DNA of 62,480 nucleotides, filler included, from Choristocarpus tenellus KU-1152 (lineage: Eukaryota; Protista; Phaeophyceae): NCBI GenBank assembly GCA_964200185.2. It is 11 parts of 11 records of this genome, joined end to end, with 100 filler letters (N's around TTAATTAATTAA, not from the genome) between each part and the next. Parts side by side here need not be neighbours in the genome. Positions count along the whole stretch, not along the records: positions 4,932 to 17,012 come from CAXNAD020001986.1; positions 17,113 to 20,372 come from CAXNAD020021201.1; positions 20,473 to 24,204 come from CAXNAD020018245.1; 8 more parts are not named here. One strand, given 5' to 3'. Shown here piece by piece: positions 10,501-23,400 of this stretch. Numbering within the stretch: the stretch's first letter is position 1; each line of letters opens with the position of its first letter. The notes under the pieces are model-generated. The model did no database searches. It saw only the letters and a list, made by a program, of their open reading frames with translations, and was not told the DNA's origin. The translations under genes and the position numbers were made by a program.

Positions 10501-13354
10501 AAGAGGCATCAAGGAAAGTACTACAGAAGATTTGAGGGCAGAGGCCAAGTAACACGTGGTGGGATGACTCAATGCAATCCCAGAAACGCAAGACATGACC
10601 AGAGGCAGTGCATTAGTAGTAGTGAACTGGTTGGTTACAGTATCTAGTATGAGAAGTAACTCAGTATGCAGTGGCTCTTGATTATGGTTGGGCTAATCCC
10701 AGGCTAAAGAAGACAAAACAATAGTTATAATGATATAACACAACTATGTATTGGTCATTCTCCACTATGGTCGGTATAATTATATTTGGAAACGTATTGT
10801 GAAGGTTATGGTCAAAAGACCCTGAAAGGGCTTATTTGCTACATGACGGTAGTTCCAAATAAAAAATATAAAATTATGTTTCTTGACACTGACCTAGTGT
10901 TTGTTCATATCTTCGTATTGGCGTAAGAGCTTATGTGCTCTCTTTTTGGCAGGTTGGTACTCTAAGTCAGTAAGTGGTTCAATTATACAGCAGGTTGTGA
11001 ATGTGCCATAATGCAACTGTCGAATTGATGATCATGAGATTGCTTGATCAATGCCATCATTGTCTCAGTATCCCTGATGTGGACCAGGGTCAGGAATGTA
11101 TTCACTAATGCTCACTCTCATAGAGTCGTGCATCTGGTCTAGCATTAACTAGTGGTGCTCACGGCTTGAATGTTTCGAGATAAAAAGAAGTGCGCAAATA
11201 ATCGTGAACCACTTACCATAGAGTTGGTTTGAACAAAGCATTAGCCTCTTCATAGCTGACATCTTCCCGAGTTCATTTGGAATATAACCTGTAGAAAAAC
11301 GAGACAGATTCAGCAGGAGTAGTGATACTGCAAGAGCTTAATCAAAATACGACATGCCACGCGCGAGAAAAACAATATCCTCTTGCAGTTTGCATGGGAA
11401 AGGGCATTGTTTTCTTATCCCTCAAGGCCCATAGTAACATGGGAGCCATTTCTCCATTCTCGTTCCATCTCATGGATAGTGGTGACATAAAGAGTCTGAT
11501 GCTTTGTAATAAGGCTACTGTTACCCATTGGGAAAGGAGCACCCAAGGGAATGATCAATGCAATTAATTGAGTAATTTTCCACAATTCATTAGACCGAAC
11601 ACAACCTGCATCCAATCTTAACAAAATGATGTCTACGTCACGGACAACATTGAATAAGAAATATGGTGATGAACGTGTATATATATATATATGGTGATAA
11701 AATATTATTGCATATTTCATCTGAGAATATGTCGTATTCATTCCCTTACAAGTACATTGACTTCCTTCATATCTTGAAGAAACCTCAAACTGAACATCAG
11801 CACAACTTGTGAAACAGTCAGTAAAAAGAAAAGGTGGCAGTACCCTTGCAGATTGAATCGCCTCCCGCTTGGCACTCTCAAGTTGCTCTGAATGACTACC
11901 ACCAATGGAATGTAAGGTCGATGTTGAAAAAGTTGGAAACAGTGACACCCACAGGCTTGATGGGGCACTAAAAAATTCAAACAAAACCACGTCGAAATAC
12001 TCACCACTGAGCTCGTTCTCACTGAGGTCGAGGGTCTCTAGGGCAGAGAGATTCCCTAGCTCCTTGGGTATTTGACCTGTCAAAAAGGGAAACAGGCCAT
12101 CCTCGTACAGAAAAAAATACCTCTCCCATAATGAACACGTTTTGCCCATATTTGGACATCAAGCACCACCCTGCATTGAATCAAAGCACTTGCCATGTGT
12201 CAACACAAAGGTTACACGACAATAGTAAGGATGCCTTGGAACCTGCAGGTTCTAATGCTGTATATTTCGCACTGAATGAGATAGCTACTGTTACCCAGGG
12301 GTATCCGCTAGCATAGGAAGAAGTATCACAAATCATGCATTGCGAGCTATGAGTACGGTTTGTAGAAGAATTATCTTCCATCAAGTCTACACATGTCTCT
12401 GACTGAGCTTTGTGCCTGCACAGCAACGTCTAAGAGAACCTCACCCACCCCAGCAAGCAAAGGAATGACTCTGCACGAATACGATGAAACAGAGACGTTT
12501 ATAAATGTCATGGGTTAAATCCAATTCACCAAGTTGAAAAAGACTCACCACAAAGCTTGTTACGCCGGAGGTTCAGAATCTCTAGGGCAGACAGATCTCC
12601 CAGCTCCTTAGGAATTTCACCTGTTGACATATTGAAAAATAAATAGACATATCTTGACAATTTACTCGCATAAAACACCTTCCTGCTGTGATGACAAGTG
12701 ATGTATGATTGTATTGTGCTGTGGGTTAATGCAACGTGATCAATAGCTCCCTTTCTTCACAAGAACTTGCACCCTGACCATCAAAAATTAACACTCGATG
12801 AGGTGGACACTGCTATTCACCAACTCAAGCATAGAAAGAGGTACTCTTGTCACATATGTCAAGCTTCACCAGTGATCATGATTGTTACCACACCAGGAGG
12901 ACAGGCAGAAAATTGTGCTGAATACTTCACTAACCCGCAAAACCTTTAATTCCAACGTTCATTTTTGTACTGCAGAGTGCAAAAGGATTCAACTCGCCTC
13001 GGCTAATTAAAATTACAAGAAAGAAAAACCTGCCATTTAATTGTCCATGCAGAGTGTCGCATCAGGTACACAAATCACTGATTGAGATTTGAGGTTCTTT
13101 CAAATCTTGAATAATAGTAGTACTAAAAATAAGCTAGGTCAACTTGACTCACACTATGTATGTATTGAAGTCCTCACCTCTCAGATTATTATCTCGCAGA
13201 TCCAGCTTGGTAACACGCCTATCAACACCTACAAAGACCCCATGCCACGATCCAATGTTAGCATCATTTATGTTCCACCCGGTCTTGTTAAGCCAAGAAA
13301 GTCCAGCAGTCGCCTTGAAGAGAATGAGGAGAATGTTCTTGGAAGAAGAATCTG
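7512..13354 (-). CDS. Leucine-rich-repeat protein: N-cap exon plus five single-LRR exons; partial model
   Basis: All exons are AG/GT bounded and phase 1-1. N-cap 13354-13178 (ILLILFKATAGLSWLNKTGW...WHGV...RVTKLDLRDNNLRG). Exact 72-nt exons: 12620-12549 (GEIPKELGDLSALEILNLRRNKLC), 12076-12005 (GQIPKELGNLSALETLDLSENELS), 11288-11217 (GYIPNELGKMSAMKRLMLCSNQLY), 8489-8418 (GSIPMELGNLYSLSEMQLSHNKLT), 7583-7512 (GSIPNTLVQHRNLKQLDLESNDLT). Confidence 0.9.
10063..10321. mobile_element. MITE family A, full length, TSD GTCA, inside an LRR-gene intron
   Basis: GAGTGCAAGTATCTTAGAGGGTA ... TACTTTGACTC, with GTCA on both sides. Confidence 0.93.
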
Positions 13355-16254
13355 CTGAATAACGGAGCATTGTTGCAGGACTAGTATGAATACCCGAATG
13401 CACTCACATACGTGCATCCTATCCAGTGTTTCTTTTCCCAAAGTGTGCTACTATTGGAACCCCACGAAAGCACACTCAACACTTCAATTGTCGTTAGGGT
13501 TCCATCCTATGAACGTAAACAGAAACATATCTGTAGTAAGCAACCACCCCCCTGTGACGAAGGGGTTGCAACCAAGGCGGAGAAACCTACGACATGTTGA
13601 CATTATTGATCTTCTGCGGCACGCATGCATGTATATAAAGATGACAGAGTGTTAATACTATGTCCATCAGCACTCAATGTCTAAATCATAAGCATTATTT
13701 CCTATAAATAGTTGATCTTGCAAGTTTTGTCTGAAAATCCGAGGCCATGATCCAATAGAATGGACCATTTATGTACGACCATGTAGACTCTCTCAAGTGC
13801 CCGCCACCCCCTGCCATCAGTCCACCACAGCCCAAGAACAATCCTTAAATATTATAGGATGCTGTGCTAGACTAAACCCAGGTTACTTGACGGCGCTGCC
13901 TCACGTCCTGTCCTAGAGTTAGAAAAAAAAAAGCGAGAATAATTTGAGTTGAACCATCACTGCCATCTTAAATTGTACCTCACCATTGCACCAAAAGGCG
14001 AGTGCACTACATTAATCACTCATTAATTCCTACAGAGACTACAAAGTGCTGCGGGTTTGCACAATGTCTCAAAATTCGTGAAGCGTGTCACCATAGCCCA
14101 CAAAATCAGCAACAGCCAACTAATACGAAATATTTTAAGCTGTCTAAACTTGAGGGAACGACTTGCTGTAACACCCAAATGAAACAAAATAGAGTGATTG
14201 CTCAGGATATGAAATCGCTTCTACTCCACCTACATCAGTAGGAAAAGAACAGATCAGCTTTCATAGTAGAGCACACTGAGCAGAGAAACAAAGCAGGGCC
14301 ACAATTTTGGCAGGAAAACGAAACGTGGGAGATCCTAAGCTCTTCTGAAACCAAAATGGAGGACTGGTGAGAGATTATGACAGTACTGATGATGCCAGTA
14401 TCCGTCTATGTCATCTTCCATTATTGCACCATGCAACTATTATAATTTTCCCCTATTTCACGAAAGGAAGTTTTGTGCAAGCTGCAAAATTCTACTGGAA
14501 GACTACTTTTGTAGTCTGTATCTTGCCTCTAGTAACTCTCAAATGAGTATTCTACCTTTCAGGTTCCCGTCGCATTGGGATAAACAAATAAAGTGTATGG
14601 CAAAAACTCTTACTCTTACCCATTCCACATTAGGGATATTGGGTTAAAATGAAGTCATCAATAATACATATCACATCTCTGTAGACAAACGTCAAAGTGA
14701 ATAAGTGAACAAGGAATCTTCACAGTGGAACATTTTTCCTAGATTACTGGTATGAGCTATTCAACAGGTGAAATATGGTAGATATTTTGATGTAACGATA
14801 CCTTAATGTATTTTACACTAGGTTATTGTTAAAGTATAATTCTACAACACACTACCTGTAGCAGCCTCTCTTCACACTTGTTACCCGTTCATTATTCTTG
14901 CTGTAACAACACAATCTCTTGCATGGATCAAATAAAATCCTCACAACTGTATATCAGAATTTAATATAGCATAAGGAACTTGGGAAATTTATAACTTTAC
15001 CAAGGACCACACAGACGTCCTCGAACAGAGGATTTCAATTCCAGTCTCTTACGAACCTGATAGCAAGGTAAAAGCATTTTCGAGCCGAAACTAGTAGGAA
15101 ACCTCTGGAAATAACTTCAACTTGACCTGAAATGGTATCACGCAAACGGGTGTTGCCCCCAAGTTCCATCATTTTACTTTGCCTGATGTATGCAACGCTG
15201 CACAATATCTAGGAATGGATCGATCTGTAGCAGGTCGCATTGAGAAGATGTGTTTTCTGTGAGGCGGAATGGAGATCTTTAATTGGTACGGTGATCGCAT
15301 ATTCGGGTGGTGGAATGAAGTGTAGAACCGTATGTGCGTATTTTTTGTGCCTTCCCATAATGTTGCTCTAGTTTAACCTAAAGCATAGGTAACACTGCCT
15401 TGTAGAGGGTACTTGACTAGATATGGCTTCCTTAGGGTCTTTAATCGCATCAATGCACCCTGAGTTCAATCATGCCCCCCTTAAAGAGATTACCTTCAAC
15501 TCAACATATTAAAAATGTAGGGCTCGAACGTGTCAACAGAAATTAATCATTCTACGGTCTCCCTATAACTGAACGTAGTCAAGGTCAGATTATTACGAAA
15601 GCTGCACTCAGTCGACAAGATTTTGGGAGTCACGTGAGATGTTTTGAAGAACGACAGCATTGCGGACAAGAGTTGCACAATGTGCGCTATCATAGCACCG
15701 ACAGAAAATCTGCGATAAAGAGATTAGATTGCCCTACTCTGGTTGCTTAATCTATCCCATGATTCGTGGTTGTACACAGACCTTCACTAGTGCATAGTTA
15801 ATGTGTGCATGCTGTGTCCTTGATCAATGCTTTGATTGATGCTATCATGCTATCCATCATTGGGTCATTGATAACACTCATCACAGTGCAACCATGCCAT
15901 CAGCAGTACACAGTAACTAGTTGCGCTGTGTCCCACACCAATGCTGCGTGACCAGTGATGCTGTGTAATCATTCAATGGTCTGTGTATAGCCCTTGCCTG
16001 TATGTACACATAGTCTCTGCGGTGTCATACTTCACTTTAAGCTACTGATACCCTCGCTCGATCATAAAATTATGTTTTCTGCTCCAGCAAAAACATGTGC
16101 GGCCTACCGTGACCTTCAAAGACCAGGATGGAGTAGTGCAGGCCTCTCACATGCAGAGGATGTGGATTCTCTGGTTGGAGTTGTGCAATTGCACCAGCCA
16201 GGACAGAGCAGGCTCTCTCATACGGAGTTGTGTCACTACTATATTGAAATTGAC

Positions 16255-16445
16255 GATCAAAGTATCTGGGGAGGGGGGAGGGGGGAGGGGGTTCTACACC
16301 AGGGTGTCCATTCGGACCCTGACCAGGAGAAGTGAACTTACATTATCCATCCAACATATGCAACCAAATCACCAAACAATCACGAGATGGAAAAATGGGC
16401 TCCCAATAGACAGCCGCTATCCCCCCCCCCCAGATACTTTGATCT
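16255..16445. mobile_element. MITE family B, full length
   Basis: GATCAAAGTATCTGGGG ... CCCCAGATACTTTGATC. Flanked by a (T)TGAC direct repeat. Confidence 0.9.
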
Positions 16446-16809
16446 TGACGGATTATCTCCCAGTGGCAATTCCAAACATGACGGGAGAGGAGAAGAGCCT
16501 CCACTAGTTGAAAGTATCGATCCTCCAACAGCATCAGGAGAAGAGGGGAAAAGAGGGTTCTGTGCACACGTAGTAATAGATGACCTAGCTGACTGTGTCA
16601 GTGTAGAGGTAAGGTCTGTGGGAAAACCTTGGCATTGAAAGTAGCTAACAGATAATCCGAACTATTGAAGGCATAGTAGGACAGGAACCTGCCAGACAAC
16701 AACAACAACAACAAAACGTTCTAGATCAACCATCAGAGTCCCTGCCAAAATTATTGCATTACTATAGTACAGGTAAAAAGGAAGAGGGGGTTGTCTGACG
16801 ACAGTTGCA

Positions 16810-16993
16810 GGCTCAAACTATCTGGGGGGGGGGGAGGTGGCAGGTGTCCATTTGGGGTAAAAAATTTATTGTCGCGATTTTTGGGTGATTTGGTTGCAAA
16901 CATCGGGTGGATAATGTAAACGCACTTTTCCTGGTCAGGGCCCAAATGGATGCCCTGGTGTAGACCCCCCCCTCCCCCCAGATACTTTGGGTC
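16810..16993. mobile_element. MITE family B, full length
   Basis: GGCTCAAACTATCTG(G)n ... (C)nAGATACTTTGGGTC, with the same internal sequence as other B copies. Confidence 0.9.
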
Positions 16994-17112
16994 ATTCCTA
17001 TTATCTCAGCACNNNNNNNNNNNNNNNNNNNNNNNNNNNNNNNNNNNNNNNNNNNNTTAATTAATTAANNNNNNNNNNNNNNNNNNNNNNNNNNNNNNNN
17101 NNNNNNNNNNNN

Positions 17113-17293
17113 GTGTTGTGTTGTTGGGGGGTGTGGGTGGCAGCTGTCCATTTGGGGTCAATTTTTTTCATGTCGCTATTTTTGGGTGATTTGGTTGCAT
17201 ACGTCGGACGGATAATGTAAGTGCACTTTTCCTGGTTTTAAACCAAATGGACACTCTGGTGTAGACAGCCCCCCCCCCCACATACGTTAGGTC
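17113..17293. mobile_element. MITE family B, degenerate ends
   Basis: Internal GCTGTCCATTTGGGG...CAAATGGACACTCTGGTGTAGAC-(C)n matches family B. Confidence 0.85.
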
Positions 17294-17463
17294 AAAGACA
17301 AAGTAAAAAATACTGGAGCAATGAAAACAAGTCAGATATAAAGGATTAGGAAAACTGAACATGCATAGCATTAGGTAGAAACAGTCACTGTGATGATTTT
17401 GCCCTAGCTGACCAATGGTTGCCTTACTGTGTTTCATTCTAATCCCCCTCTTATCCCACCCAC

Positions 17464-19133
17464 CTGCTCGGCCCTAAAGATGGCTGAACCTCTACGGTTG
17501 TGTTGCATAGCAACAGTTTTGGGCGTCTCAACCTCAGACTCACTTGATGATCCCTCAGAGTTTATTTGGGGTGTGCCTAAAGGAACCTGGATCCGTTCAG
17601 ATCAGAGAGGAATCCAGGTGAGAGAAAGGAGAGTCTTTTGCTGAAGGCATATACTTTCTAGTTACTGTGTTGAAAGGCATCCAAGCAGACTATTCGTCTC
17701 ACGTTATAGTGGTGTGATCCAACAAGAAGCATTGCAACCCCAAATGTATGAAATGAATACAAGTAGGAGTAGACGAGGACTAGAGCATCACCAACATGCA
17801 AATGTGATGCACGAAATCCCCAAGATTTTCTTGGCCGTCGCAGTTACCTAAACAACGTTCATAAAAAAAGCCCACCTTCTGAGTTATCGTCTTGCGAACG
17901 GCATCTAGAAAGCTACTGCGAAGGTCCCCACCGTCCTTCACTGGCCTCGGTGACATGCCTGGCGATCTTTCAGAGAGAGGTCCATCGTCTCTTTCGACCC
18001 TTATGGAAGTTTGATTTCCTGTGCTGTCAAGTCGCGGAATTTCGTTTGAGCCTATGCCTCTGGCCTTAGTGTGTATACTACTGCTTATACTGTTCTTTTC
18101 GTCCAAAACTTCGCCATTGCTTCCTCTATCATCGCGCGCCTGGATAAAAGCTGGGCTCTGGAGCGGTTCGGGTGAGGACAACCTTGACAGCGGTAGTGAC
18201 AGAATGCTGGTGTCTTCCTTGAGGGATACAGTACCTTGTGGGGAAGCGTCCGCAAAACGAGATATGTTGGGATCGGCATTCGTTGTCACCACCTCTGTCG
18301 TGTCGATGCGAGTGAGTGGGGGGAGTGGTGCATGGCCAATTGGAGATCGAGGTATGACTGTAGTATCCTTATCTATAGATGCACCAGTAGAGCTATCGTC
18401 TTGCATGAGCCAATCCTCCTTGGCGTGTCCTGATCTAAGGAAACTCAAGGAGAATTTTTCCGGTGGGGTGAAGGGAAGTTGGGTAGGCGGTTGAGTGGGT
18501 CTCATAGGTGGATCCAAATTGATTGTTCAGACTTCAGTTCATGCCTGATTGATACCCTCATCCGAAGAATTCGGAGTGGATTTCATCTGTTTTTTTCAGA
18601 TGAGATATTGACTCGGTACATTTGCTTCTTGAGTTGCACTTGCGCCGACCAAAACTTGTCGATTCGAAAAGCACCTCTTGTCCCACCAAATGAGCTTGGT
18701 TTCTCACCGTAAATCCTTTCGCTATAGTATATCCATCACTAGCATCTCTCACTGCGACAATGTGTCTGGGCTCCTCGTCGGCTTTTAATATTTTGCCTGG
18801 ATATTGACAAAGAGAACCGAGGGTCGGGAATGTCTATAGAAGTTAGTTGTGACCAGTGAAAAGCTTGGTGATGAAGAATGTTCCTTGACTCGTGCCTCGA
18901 GCGTTGTGAATTGCTCTGTCCTGAGGATTGGTTCCGAGATCTACGTAGTTCCTGGGAATAGGACAAGGCGGCACCTGTGTTGACAAAGAGGTCCGATTCG
19001 TGCCTGCTGTCAGTTTTCGAGCAGGAGGCGAGCGAATATAGCGGCAAGTCTCCCTATCAGGGGGGCTCTGGGTGTTGTCTGATGAAGCCTGGTGCATACC
19101 TAATGGACCAGAGCTTGCCGTAGTGGGAATCAT
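17464..19133 (-). CDS. Hypothetical Ser/Pro-rich protein, partial; possibly a pseudogene
   Basis: 245-aa ORF (17780-18517) with a donor-like site after TITQK (~17876) and a candidate further exon near 17576-17464. Upstream ORFs 18558-19133 are in shifted frames. No recognisable domain. Confidence 0.35.
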
Positions 19134-20021
19134 GCCATCATCTCATTAGGTTTGTCAAAAGTGTAACTGTTACACTGTATTAATCGTTAGAGTGAAACCA
19201 AGATTACATAAAATGAGTGATAATTCGAAGTAGTAGTAGTAAGTATGTACTTGTAGAGGTCCAAGGCAATTTGGTCAGGGGAGATACTACAGTATTGCAT
19301 ACAAGAGATGTCGAGGAGTGTCGTGCGCTTCATCTTTGCTAGTCGCTGGGTCAGACAGGGTCTCTCAGACTCCTACGATCCCTTTTCACATTTCTGGTCG
19401 TAATTATTCATAATGCTACCACTCCATATCGGAGTTGTGTAACCTTATTCTATGCACAAGAAATATTACGACAGTCGTTGCATGGGTTGTTTTGGGGCTT
19501 TTTTTGTGACCGACAGAGATTCTGTGACTGTTGTGCTCTTTCTCCCCTATAGTAAAATCCACATACATACATATGAGCTCTGTACCACGAAGGATCCTCC
19601 CTGTACTGTCTGTCATGTCGTTCCTCCTGCCATCGACTACAACATGGACTTCTTCCGAATGAATTTATGATTACTGATATCTAATTTTGTCCAATTTTTC
19701 CCTGGGCGGCTCCACCACCATACATACACCATATAGCATTTTTTTTGGTATCATCAAGGGCAGATTCATATCCACTCGGTATAATGTCGTTGGTTGGACA
19801 TGTGAACACATACTCCTTTGATGAGAAGGAAGAAGGAGGATACAGTAGGGGGGGTGCACAAATGTATGTAAGAGGGATTCTTCTACACGATCTATCCAGA
19901 CCATTTTTGACACATTTTGTATGACATTATATGTAAGGTAAGGACATCGAAAATAGTGAATAAAAATCCGCACGATTAAATTATATGAAAACCAGCAGAT
20001 AAGAACACTATCCCACTATAT

Positions 20022-20300
20022 TTTCATTTTTATTATTATACCTTTTTACCTTTTGGAGATGTCTCAGAGGAAAAACCAATGAAAACTGTTCACATGTCAG
20101 AAAAATCCCTAAAAAAGTAATAGTTGAAAAAATTGAAAGACATTAATCTATTCCAAGATTCCACACCTCATTTATTTTTTATTATTATGCCCTCTGACAT
20201 ATTCGGTGTGTCACGAGAAAAAGCAATGAAAACTATTCACATATCAGAAAAATCCCTAAAAAAGTAACAGTTGTCGTAAATGTGAAAAAAAACTATTTTA
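20022..20300 (-). repeat. Two tandem copies of a ~130-bp repeat matching the 3' tail of the RLE-type non-LTR element
   Basis: Reverse complement reads TTTACGACAACTGTTACTTTTTTAGGG...GAGGGCATAATAATAAAA. It matches 51680-51780, 52900-52990 and in part 50333-50383. Confidence 0.75.
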
Positions 20301-20310
20301 CTACCACCTA

Positions 20311-20372
20311 TAAAAGGGATTTCTCAAAATTGAGGATGGTGCAGGACTATGAGGATGGTTGTTTTGCGAAAA
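20311..20372. repeat. End of an unclassified repeat, also at 31801-31847
   Basis: TTCTCAAAATTGAGGATGG.GC.GGACTATGAGGATGG occurs at the right end of two different contigs. Confidence 0.7.
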
Positions 20373-20472
20373 NNNNNNNNNNNNNNNNNNNNNNNNNNNN
20401 NNNNNNNNNNNNNNNNTTAATTAATTAANNNNNNNNNNNNNNNNNNNNNNNNNNNNNNNNNNNNNNNNNNNN

Positions 20473-23400
20473 CAATGACGCTTCAGCGACTGGCGCCAAG
20501 CTTCGCCGAGGATGGGCTCAACCCATCCCAGTCAACGAACAGGGTAACTGCTGCAAGTGCTTAGCCTGTGTGAAGAAGTTCGCGGCAGATAGGAAGTCCT
20601 TCCTTGCCCGCACGTTGGCCAAAGAGTAGGACATCATCCGGGCGAGTGTGAACCGCCGCGATCGCAAGCACTTTGTTGGTGACCGTGTACCTGTTATTAA
20701 GTTGGGGCCTGGAGGTGGATCTATGCTCGCGGACGGCATTCCCGTTTGTACACAGTTTTTCAAGGAATTGTTCGGAATATCCAATCATGCCATCGACGCT
20801 TGCAAAGGTACACCTAACACAAGAGCATCCTCCAGCTTGGAGAGGTGGGTTTGATGTATGTACACAGTGTTATTTGTACACAATATATATCAACGCCTGC
20901 TTGATGATTGAACAGTAGTCCTATCTCAGAACAATGTATACATTAACTTTGCAGTTACCACACCTAGATGTCTGATGTACAAAGTTAGAGACCCCTCCAG
21001 CGTGGAGTTATGTGTTACATATATGTGTATGTACATGTGTGATATGTTTATTTATGTTTCAACAATACAATCTCATCCGGCCGCCCTTGCGTTGCTGCTG
21101 CAGTTACCACGCAAAAATACCTACAGAATTAGAGATCCACTACTGGCATACGATTCCTCTACGATTCCATCCCCCGTCCCTTACATCCACCTCTAACACA
21201 ACTCCCATCCATATATACATACGTGCGCTACTACAACAGGAAAAGAACGAACAGAGAGGACATGACTCCGAAGTGAGACCTGGTGATGTCCTGGATATAC
21301 TACTGGGCGGATACGTACGGGCAGTTCATAAGACAAGACCGCAATTGTGATCTACGCCGCGAACAAAGAGGTAGGTTTTGCCCTTGGTTGTGGAGAGGTT
21401 GGCCACACCTTGAATTGGAATTAGTTGCAAACACTGTGACCCAGCAGTATGTAGAAGAAGTGGATCGAAGGAGTATTTCGAGTGGTGGGTGTTTATTACT
21501 TTGAACGGTCTGAGATTATGGTTTTAAAAAAATGTCAAGCTTCATACAAAGTACTATTTTTTTCCGTTATGTCGAGACTACAATGATGATGATACTCTTC
21601 GTCGCTTTTACGGAGGAAGGCAGAGTAGCTGTTATTTCACCGTTACGTACACGTACTCTGCGGCCCCGGGCCCAGTCTGACCTTGGTAGTAAAAATGTGT
21701 ACTTCGTATGTCTCAAGCACTTCACGATGATGATGATGATGATGGTAGATTCGCCTCCTTTACTGTTTCTGCAAACGGTGGCGAGACCCGAACAGAATGA
21801 CGCTCTTGGCAGATTTACGAAGATCATTCTATTTGCTCTTTCATTACGCACGATGTAAGCTTGCTTGATCCTGTCTTCCGTGTTGTCAGTTAAGTTATTG
21901 GTCAGCCCGTCTTCGAGAGATCACGCAGCGTTATTTTTCGAGCGTTCCTTCTCAATGATTCCTCACTTGCCCACACAACCAGCCTTGTTAATTAGGAGAT
22001 ATACAAGGATTTTTGCAAAGAGGCAATACAGGTGTACCCTGATGACACTTCCAAGAGGGTTGGCAAGGCGCACTTCCTCCGATTGCTCAGAGAGAACAGG
22101 CCCAACACCAGGGTCAGGGTAGGAGGCGAATTTATGACATGTGACATATGTGTCACGTTAAAAGAGAAGCGGCACGGTGTGCCTGGTGTAAAACCCACGA
22201 ACAACTCCACCGTCCTCGAGTCCATCGACAAGGAGCTGTCAGACCATCGAGAGGTAGGTGTCCAGCGTTAATTTTGCGACAATCGTACAGTGGCAACATG
22301 TCGCCGTCGTTGCCCTCCATTGGGAACAACATCTGTTGCCTTTTCCGAATGAAGACTCCGATGCAGGTGCTTATGGCAGCAGCAGCAGCCTGCAGCCTCA
22401 CTCAGCGCAAAACTGTTGTTATTAGTTGCCCAAACACCTTGTGTGATAGACTGTTTTCTGGTCATCTACAATGGGCTGTGGGAGGGACAGGTCATGTTGC
22501 GGTCTTCCGGTCCCGTACGTACGTACTTGCTCCCGTGCCAATAATACTGTGTTTGCCTTGAATGCAGTAGTAAAAAATAGGAGCAAAGACAAACATTTAT
22601 TGTTACCTACACTCGATTTTTGTCACATACCTGGTACGTGTTAACAAGTGGCCATTTTTTTACACCTCTAAGCAGGTTTATTTCATTTACAGACGTGACG
22701 TTGCTCTCCCCCATTCGGCAGATTATCCAAGCGGATCAGCTGGTCATCGCCAACAACACCAGCAGCGCCATGCGGGCCAAAGAAGACGGCAAACCTCTCG
22801 GCCTCGTGTTCATGTCCGTACACACGGGAAACCAGACATCCCACGCCCTCCCAGCACTTTACCCACCTACCCACCGCGGTGTCAGGTAACCACACGCACA
22901 CATAGTCCATTTGTCAACAAGTTTGCAGCTGCACGCAGAACAGAATAGATCACCCTGTTTTATTCAACGAATGAGTGCAAAGTCCCAAGAAATAACCTCC
23001 AAAACAGACGCACGTAATTCCACTACCTATTCCGTTCATCATGATGATGACGCACCGTAACACCTTTCTTCACACGTTTCTTTGGTTTATGTCCTTATTA
23101 TCAGGGGCTACTCCGAGCGCCAGAAGATCTTTGCCGCAAACGTCCGTCTAAGGCCAGTTCGCGTAGGTGTTCTTCACTCCTATCAATCTTGGAGGAGGTA
23201 CGTATTGTGGGTTGTGGGTCAACAATCACAGGACTGAATAGATGCTGGTTGCGCACGCACCACTTGATTTACCGTCATCATGGTGAGGAGACCCGCCACA
23301 GGTTAGATACCCGAGAACGAGCACATCTTTACACGATTTTCCTACAGATACCGCAGGCCTGGTGAACAGTCGATTAACTGACGATGAACTGTGCTCCCCT

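Noticed and set aside
11415-12149. 244-aa ORF as a single CDS
   Set aside because: Only the 72-nt LRR exon is coding. The rest is intron read-through.
18021-18494. 157-aa plus-strand ORF with a hydrophobic start
   Set aside because: Antisense to the longer minus-strand ORF.
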